A stretch of 33,744 bases of DNA from Hyphochytrium catenoides (lineage: Eukaryota > Protista > Hyphochytriomycota): assembly GCA_900088475.1 (NCBI GenBank), contig FLMG01003455.1, positions 1 to 33,744 on the forward strand, read 5' to 3'. Shown in pieces: positions 20,793 through 33,744 of this stretch; positions within the stretch are counted from its first letter, which is position 1; each line of letters starts with the position of its first letter. The notes under the pieces were generated by a model. The model worked only from the letters and a program-made list of their open reading frames with translations. It did not search any database and was not told where the DNA came from. A program made the translations under genes and the position numbers.

Positions 20793-23111
20793 TTACTTGC
20801 GAGAACGACCGCCTTCCTTGAGCAACAGGAGATGTCGAATATTCGGCTCCACTTCTAATGATGGCATCTCTTCACGCAAAAACACCTCTGCCCTTCTGAT
20901 TTCTCTAGCTTTGATGTACGCCTTCAGCAACTCAAAGCAGCTGATCTCGTCAGGACCCACGCCAGCCTCAGGCATGCCCTTGTGCAAGATCTCCTCCATT
21001 GCCTGCCAGTTTCCCATAGATCCATAGCCCCGCAAAAGCAGGTTGAAGTGAATATCGCTTGGCTTCAATCCTAACGATGGCATCTCTTCACGCAAGAACA
21101 CCTCTGCCTTCTCGAGCTCTCCTGACTTGATGTACGCCTTCAGCAACGCGGAGCAGCTGATCTCATCAGGATCCACGCCAGCCTCAGGCATACGCTTGTA
21201 CAGGAGTTCCTCCATTGCATGCCAGTTATCCATAGATCCATAGCCTCCCAGGAGCAGGTTGAAGTGAATATGACTTGGCTTCACTCCAAGCGATGGAACT
21301 TCGTCACAAAGAAATACCTCTGCCTTTTCGAGCTCTCCAGCCTTGATGTACGCCTTCAGCAGCGCAGAGCAACTGATCTCATCAGGACGCACGCCAACTT
21401 CAGACATCTGCTGGTACAGGATCTCTTCCATTGCCTGCCAGTTGCCCATAGATTCATAGCCTCCCAGAAGCAGGTTGAAGTAAATAAGGAGAGGCTGCAC
21501 TCCTAACATCGGTATTCCCTCGAGCAGGAACACCTCCCCCCTCTCGAGCTCTCCAGCCTTGATGTACGCCTTCAGCAACGCAGAGCAGCTGATCTCGTTA
21601 GGATTTAGGCCAACCTCAGGCATGCGCTTGTACAGGATCTCCTCCATTGCCTGCCAGTTGCCCATAGATTCATAGCCTCCCAGGAGCAGGTTGAAGTGAA
21701 TATGGCTTGGCTTCACTCCTAGGGACGGAACCTCCTCACAAAGGAACACCTTTGCCCTCTCGAGCTCTCCAGCCTTGATGTACGCCTTCAGCAGCGCAGA
21801 GCAGCTGATCTTATTAGGATTGACGCCAACTTCAGACATCTGCTGGTACAGGATCTCCTCCATTGCCTGCCAGTTGCCCATAGATTCATAGCCTCCCAGA
21901 AGCAGGTTGAAGTAAATAGGGAAAGGCTGCACTCCTAACATCGGTATTCCCTCGAGCAGGAACTCCTCCCCCTTCTCGAGCTCTCCAGCCTTGATGTACG
22001 CCTTCAGCAACGCAGAGCAGCTGATCTCATCAGGACGCACGCCCATCTCAGGCATGCGCTGGTACAGGACTTCCTCCATCGCCTGCCAGTTGCCCATAGA
22101 TCCATAGCCTCCCAGGAGGAGGTTGAAGTAGATTTCACTTGGCTTCACTCCTAGGGACGGAACTTTCTCACAAAGAAACACCTCTGCCCCCTTGAACTCT
22201 CCAGCCTTGATGTACGCCTTCAGCAGCGCAGAGCAGCTGATCTCATCAGGACGCACGCCAGCCTCAGGCATGCGCTTGTACAGGATCTCCTCCACTGCCT
22301 GCAAGTTGCCCATAGATCCATGGCCTCCCAGGAGAAGGTTGAAATGAATAACATTTGGCTTCAATCCTAGCGACGGAAATTCCTCATGGAAGAACATTTC
22401 TGCCCTCTCGAGCTCTCCAGCCTTGATGTACGCCTTCAGTACCTCAGTGCAGCTGATCTCATTGGGTTTCAAGCCAGCCTCAGGCATGCGCTTGTGCAGG
22501 ATCTCCTCCACTGCCTGCCAGTTGCCCACAGATCCATAGCCTCCCAGAAGAAGGTTGAAACGAGTGAGAGTTGGCTTCACTCCAAGCGACGGAGCTTCCT
22601 CACAAAGAAACGCCTCCGCCTTCTCGAGCTCTCCAGCCTTGATGTACGCCTTCAGTACCTTAGAGCAAGTGTGACTATTCGGCTTCACGCCAGCCTCAGG
22701 CATCTGCTGGTACAGCACCCTCTCGACGGCGTCAAGGTTTCTCGCTGCCCCATACTTCGCGATTTGTCGAGTGAAGCTCGCAACTGGAGGTGGCTCGCTT
22801 CCATCGTCCGGCATATCCCTTTCCGTATACAGATGAAGGGGACGAGTCCTCCCTCCCTTCTCCGCGTTATTGGACAGAGCCTTGCCATAGATTTCTCCCC
22901 ATTGGCCCAGCCCTTGGCCTGAGCATCGCTCCCTCAGAGAGGTCCATGCCACTTGGCTGGCGAGGGCAGTGTAAGTCCTCACGCTGATGGCCTTCCTGCA
23001 AGGCTGTGATGTTATCATCCTCTTCCAGCTCGCATTGACCCAGCTCAAAGAGTAATTGGCTCGGCATCCAGTTATCACACCCGAACGTGCATTCAGAATG
23101 GGCGTGACCAT
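20793..23111 (-). CDS. Pentatricopeptide repeat (PPR) protein, 18 motifs of 36 aa, probable mitochondrial presequence, intronless, ~772 aa
   Basis: PPR-like consensus repeated 18 times (xxxFNLLLGGY...GN..A.EE.L...M...G..PD/N and xxSCSALLKAYIKAGE.E.A..FL....P.LGV.P). First in-frame ATG is at 23111 (the track start 23147 is GTG). The N-terminal ~60 aa are Arg/Ser/Thr-rich and lack acidic residues. Confidence 0.92.
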   Translation of the reverse strand: MVTPILNARSGVITGCRANYSLSWVNASWKRMITSQPCRKAISVRTYTALASQVAWTSLRERCSGQGLGQWGEIYGKALSNNAEKGGRTRPLHLYTERDMPDDGSEPPPVASFTRQIAKYGAARNLDAVERVLYQQMPEAGVKPNSHTCSKVLKAYIKAGELEKAEAFLCEEAPSLGVKPTLTRFNLLLGGYGSVGNWQAVEEILHKRMPEAGLKPNEISCTEVLKAYIKAGELERAEMFFHEEFPSLGLKPNVIHFNLLLGGHGSMGNLQAVEEILYKRMPEAGVRPDEISCSALLKAYIKAGEFKGAEVFLCEKVPSLGVKPSEIYFNLLLGGYGSMGNWQAMEEVLYQRMPEMGVRPDEISCSALLKAYIKAGELEKGEEFLLEGIPMLGVQPFPIYFNLLLGGYESMGNWQAMEEILYQQMSEVGVNPNKISCSALLKAYIKAGELERAKVFLCEEVPSLGVKPSHIHFNLLLGGYESMGNWQAMEEILYKRMPEVGLNPNEISCSALLKAYIKAGELERGEVFLLEGIPMLGVQPLLIYFNLLLGGYESMGNWQAMEEILYQQMSEVGVRPDEISCSALLKAYIKAGELEKAEVFLCDEVPSLGVKPSHIHFNLLLGGYGSMDNWHAMEELLYKRMPEAGVDPDEISCSALLKAYIKSGELEKAEVFLREEMPSLGLKPSDIHFNLLLRGYGSMGNWQAMEEILHKGMPEAGVGPDEISCFELLKAYIKAREIRRAEVFLREEMPSLEVEPNIRHLLLLKEGGRSRK
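20841..22784 (-). repeat. Coding tandem repeat: 9 x 216 bp (A+B PPR pair)
   Basis: Blocks such as 'ctccagccttgatgtacgccttcagc' and 'cagttgcccatagat' recur at exact 216-bp spacing. Confidence 0.95.
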
Positions 23112-23745
23112 TGTGAACGTGAAGCAGCAGCAGACCTTTGCACGCACTCTATAAAAGAGCTTAAAGAATCACAGAGAGACCACTCTACCATCACCTATTT
23201 CTTCCTAATAAACGGTGATAGTCCCAAGTTCTGCGCACTAGGTCATAGCTACGATCGAGGGCTGACAGACCGTAAACGATGGCTCGGGTTTCTGTCCTTC
23301 AAACCAGTGCTGACTTGGGTCATTACAACGCTAGACTTGCTGTGCTGAAGGCATCCAGTCATCTGCTCTCGCCGACTGATTGCTCTGTAGGAAGTGCTGA
23401 TGTTCCGGTGACCTGGTAGTGAGGACTTGGCTGTTCATCAGCTTGATGCTTGAGAGGCGCGGAGGCGGACAGCAGCAGCAATGCATCCTTTGACGGTAGC
23501 CGCAGCCTCACAGCCTCACTCACCACCTCCATCTGTGCCAGAGAGGCCGCAAATCAATCAGAAGTGCCTTCAGCTTTCCTGTGCTACCACTGGGGGAGGC
23601 CTGCCCTCTGAATAAGAGGGATTACGGAATCAAGGCCGTATAAGCGGAGATTTATGTAGGATACATACTCTCCTATTCAGGATCGATCTGATACGCATAT
23701 GCCCTTCAAACAGCTGCATTCTTCTGGGGTCTTCACGAGGAAGTT

Positions 23746-24006
23746 CAACAGCAACAACAGCAGGAGCAGCAGCAGGAGCAGCAGCAGCGGCAGCAGCAGC
23801 GGCAGCAGCAGGAGCAGCAGCAGCAGCAGCGGCAGCAGCAGCGGCAGCAGCACCAGGAGCAACAGCAGGAGCAGGAGTGGCAGCAGCAGCAGGAGCAGCA
23901 GCAGCAGCAGCAGGAGCAGCAGCAGGAGCAGCAGCAGGAGCAGCAGCAGCGGCAGCAACAGCAGCAGCAGCAGCAGCAGAAGCAGCAGCGGCAGCAGTAG
24001 CAGCAG
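23746..24006 (+). repeat. Imperfect (CAG)n trinucleotide array with GAG/CGG/CAA variants (~87 triplets)
   Basis: Directly visible cagcaggagcagcagcagcgg... tract; it generates the poly-Ala, poly-Leu and poly-Ser ORFs in the track. Confidence 0.95.
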
Positions 24007-24069
24007 AGCGGGCAAACATTGGCGGCACCGCCGCACCTCTGTTCTAAGTGTCTGCTTCTAGATGAAGTT

Positions 24070-25515
24070 TGTTCAGAGTTCAGAGTTAATTGTGCGCATT
24101 GAGATCTGATTGTAAGACTGTTTAGCTGTCAGTTCGAAGGTGTTGGTCGTCTCCATGGCCAGCGGTGGTAGAATGCTGCACGCTGATGGCCTGGCAACAG
24201 TAGCAGCAAAAGCGCAACGGCAGGAAAGATTAAGGAAGGGAGGAAAGAGTACGACGAAGACATCAGAAGAGCCAACAGCATAATAGAGAAGAACATGATT
24301 TGTCTGTCGTCGCTTTGTGGATGATGCGTCATTTCGGGCTCTCACCTCATCGACTTTGTATGATGTCCTGACTAGGAGCCCACACAGCCTTCGTCCGCAT
24401 GTATGAGAACAAGGAAAGAGTGGCAGACACAACTTGTTGGTTGGTCGTTCCTGTGTCTCCGTCTGTCTGTCATTCAACATCTGATCTTCGCGTCCGACCT
24501 CTCACTAGATAATAGATAGACTTTCTTGAGATCTTCATGCTGGATTCAATGCGTCTTGAGTCCAGACCTCTTTCCATGTCTCTCTCTTTCTGAACGACAG
24601 CCAATGGAACTTACTCCTTTCTTTGAACAACTCCATTCGATGTGGCAGCTCTCTCATCACTTAGCACATCCCTGCCGAACGTTTTGTTGTCTTGTTCACC
24701 CCGCCCTTCTTCGAACTGGTACGAGGTATAGGGAAGAGACGACGCCTCTCTTCAAGCTCTCTTCTATCGGCCACATGCCAAGAATGACGAAGAAGGACAG
24801 CATTGCTGGCGTTTGACTTTTCTGTGCGTAACCTGCGCACAGGTCTTCACATGTCTAGCCCTGTTAGTGACAATATCATAGGGGTCGAAGTCCCTCGTCC
24901 GGTAATGAGGACAAGGAACCAACGGAGGTCTCTCGTTGGGGCTTCCCTTGGCCGGTACTGCTGTTGCTCTGGCTCCTTTTCCCTTCTCCTGCTCTTGGCT
25001 TCTTCATCCCTTCCTATGCCTCCTCGTCCCTTCTCCTTCTCCTGCTCTTGCAACTTCTTCATCCCTTGCTTCTTCCTCTATCACCGTGCTTCGCTTCCTA
25101 CTACGCTGCGCCGAAGGGCTAGAAGATCGTCACAAAGTCCTCGAGCGAACGGATTCACTAAATGTTATGTCCTGACAACTGAGCCAAATACTTTGGAAGA
25201 AGCCCATGAACGTCGTGATGCTCCAGGATGGGAAAGGAGCAATAAATGAAGAGATGGAGGCGATAGGGAGACTTCACGTGTGGGAGTGATAAGACCCTCC
25301 TACAAGCTCGAAGGGCATCGTAGGACCGGGCTCGGTCTTCAAATCCGAGACTGATGAGCGACGTGGCAGCATCGAAGGTACAAGCGCTCTATGTCCTGCG
25401 TTCACTTCGGAGAAAGGAGTTTATATGGAGCAACCATCTTGTTCAACAATGATGGGGATAAGAGCTAGAAACGTCTTTACGGGCTGACAGCAGGACCCTC
25501 GGCAGTGGAATCGCA
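24070..25515 (+). mobile_element. Degenerate, internally deleted Ty1/copia LTR-retrotransposon pol remnant (protease-region, integrase and RT fragments)
   Basis: Frameshifted fragments occur in copia order: VSMASGGRMLHADGLATV (~24150), FVDDAS (~24315), TPFFEQL...LSH...FCCLV (~24610), EPNTLEEA...W / AINEEMEAIGRLHVWE (~25180-25290), VFK...GSIE/YK (~25335-25385), VYMEQP (~25420), LYGL / QDPRQWN (~25475-25511). The RT fragments are the most convincing; the 5' boundary is uncertain and no paired LTRs were seen. Confidence 0.8.
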
Positions 25516-25668
25516 TAAAACCTCGAGCTCCTGCTGCCTCTTCGCTCTGCTTTCGCGTTATTGTCTTACTTTGTGGCTACCTATACTCCCTTCCTTCTAT
25601 CGCGCCCAGCAGAGCAGGACCTGTCAGCGTGATCGAGTTAATCTGCTTTTGCCCTCTCTATATTAGGG

Positions 25669-32928
<7,260 letters not shown>

Positions 32929-33648
32929 GGCTTATATTCAGGAGATTACTCTGGACGAACGCTGCGGGGAGGTTGTCTTACTGCTGCAGGCTAAGGACAG
33001 ATCTAACTTTCATCTCTCTCAAAACAGGGTAACTGATGATTGTGGAGATAAGCCAAAGTCTCTCCTATCCTACGTGCTCGCTGTCTCTCCCAGCATTCTT
33101 AACTGTCTCGTTCCTCCTTCGCTTGCAATTTTGCCTGCGGCAGCTTTTATTGGACGTTGCCTAGCCTGCAGATTGACACGGTGCTCTCTTCCGGTCCTGC
33201 GGTGTATTCTAAGGGAGCGCTCTCTCCTCTCTGCTCCTCTCGTCTTCTTTCTCTGGTTCTATCTCTCTGTCTCTTCTCTCCCTCTTGCTTGGCACCCTGG
33301 CAATGCAGTAGGTGCGGCTAGATGTGCGTGTCTCGGTTTCCAGCCTTTCCATGTCTATGACAGGCCATTTTCCTTCTGGTTTCCTTCCACCATTTCTCTC
33401 TCTCTTTCTCTCTCTCTTTGTGGGTATGTAGCCGTCTTTCTCTTCCCTCTTTGTCTCTCCCTCTCCTTTAGCTTTCCTGTTTCCCTACAGCGCTTCTTGT
33501 TCCTCTTCGTCTCCTCTCTCTTCTCTATCGCGACTCGCGTTCTCGTACGAAGAGAAGAAGATGGACAGATGGAAGGGTGAGGACAAGACTGACAAGGAAT
33601 GGAGACCAAGGAGGGGGTAGCTAAAACAGCCAAGCCTGTCCGTCTTTC

Positions 33649-33744
33649 TTTCTCTTTCTCTTTCTCTTTCTCTTTCTCTTTCTCTTTCTCTTTCTCTTTC
33701 TCTTTCTCTTTCTCTTTCTCCCTCTCCCTCTCTCTCCCTCTCTC
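33649..33744. repeat. (TTTCTC)n hexamer repeat grading into CT/CCCT repeats
   Basis: Directly visible at the window end. Confidence 0.9.

Noticed and set aside
20841-22784. Regularly spaced repeats as a CRISPR array or non-coding satellite
   Set aside because: The 216-bp period is fully in frame in one long ORF, has no unique spacers and translates to PPR motifs; the context is eukaryotic.
21219-23067. Overlapping and antisense ORFs within the PPR gene (also those within SLC35B1, PIPK and kinesin)
   Set aside because: Shadow frames of real coding sequence.
23414-23424. tggtagtgagg as a tRNA-Met primer-binding site of the copia element
   Set aside because: Only a partial match, with no demonstrable adjacent LTR end or second LTR.
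23677-24061. Poly-Leu and poly-Ser ORFs as real proteins
   Set aside because: Alternative frames of the CAG array.

Overview
Eukaryotic (protist-like, plausibly stramenopile; lineage is an inference) genomic window with GT-AG introns rich in GA/CT microsatellites. Manual splicing gives three frame-consistent multi-exon genes: (1) a + strand C2 / two 'TPFG' beta-repeat / FKBP-type TPR protein (~977-5838), (2) a - strand GPCR-PIPK fusion (7TM receptor + LR(x)9GI linker + phosphatidylinositol-phosphate kinase; ~17651-13706), and (3) a 16-exon - strand kinesin-2 (KIF17/OSM-3-like; 32928-25669). Two intronless genes are also clear: a UAA-family/SLC35B1-like nucleotide(-sugar) transporter (11769-13244) and a probably mitochondrion-targeted PPR protein made of nine near-identical 216-bp units, each encoding two alternating 36-aa PPR motifs (23111-20793). 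The PPR gene lies in a ~8 kb microsatellite-poor island beside a CAG-type repeat and a decayed Ty1/copia element. A small single-pass membrane ORF with a Cys4 motif (8091-7558) and several unexplained, possibly transcribed stretches are also present. Most short ORFs in the track are microsatellite or antisense artefacts. All gene models were built by eye; no database searches were run.
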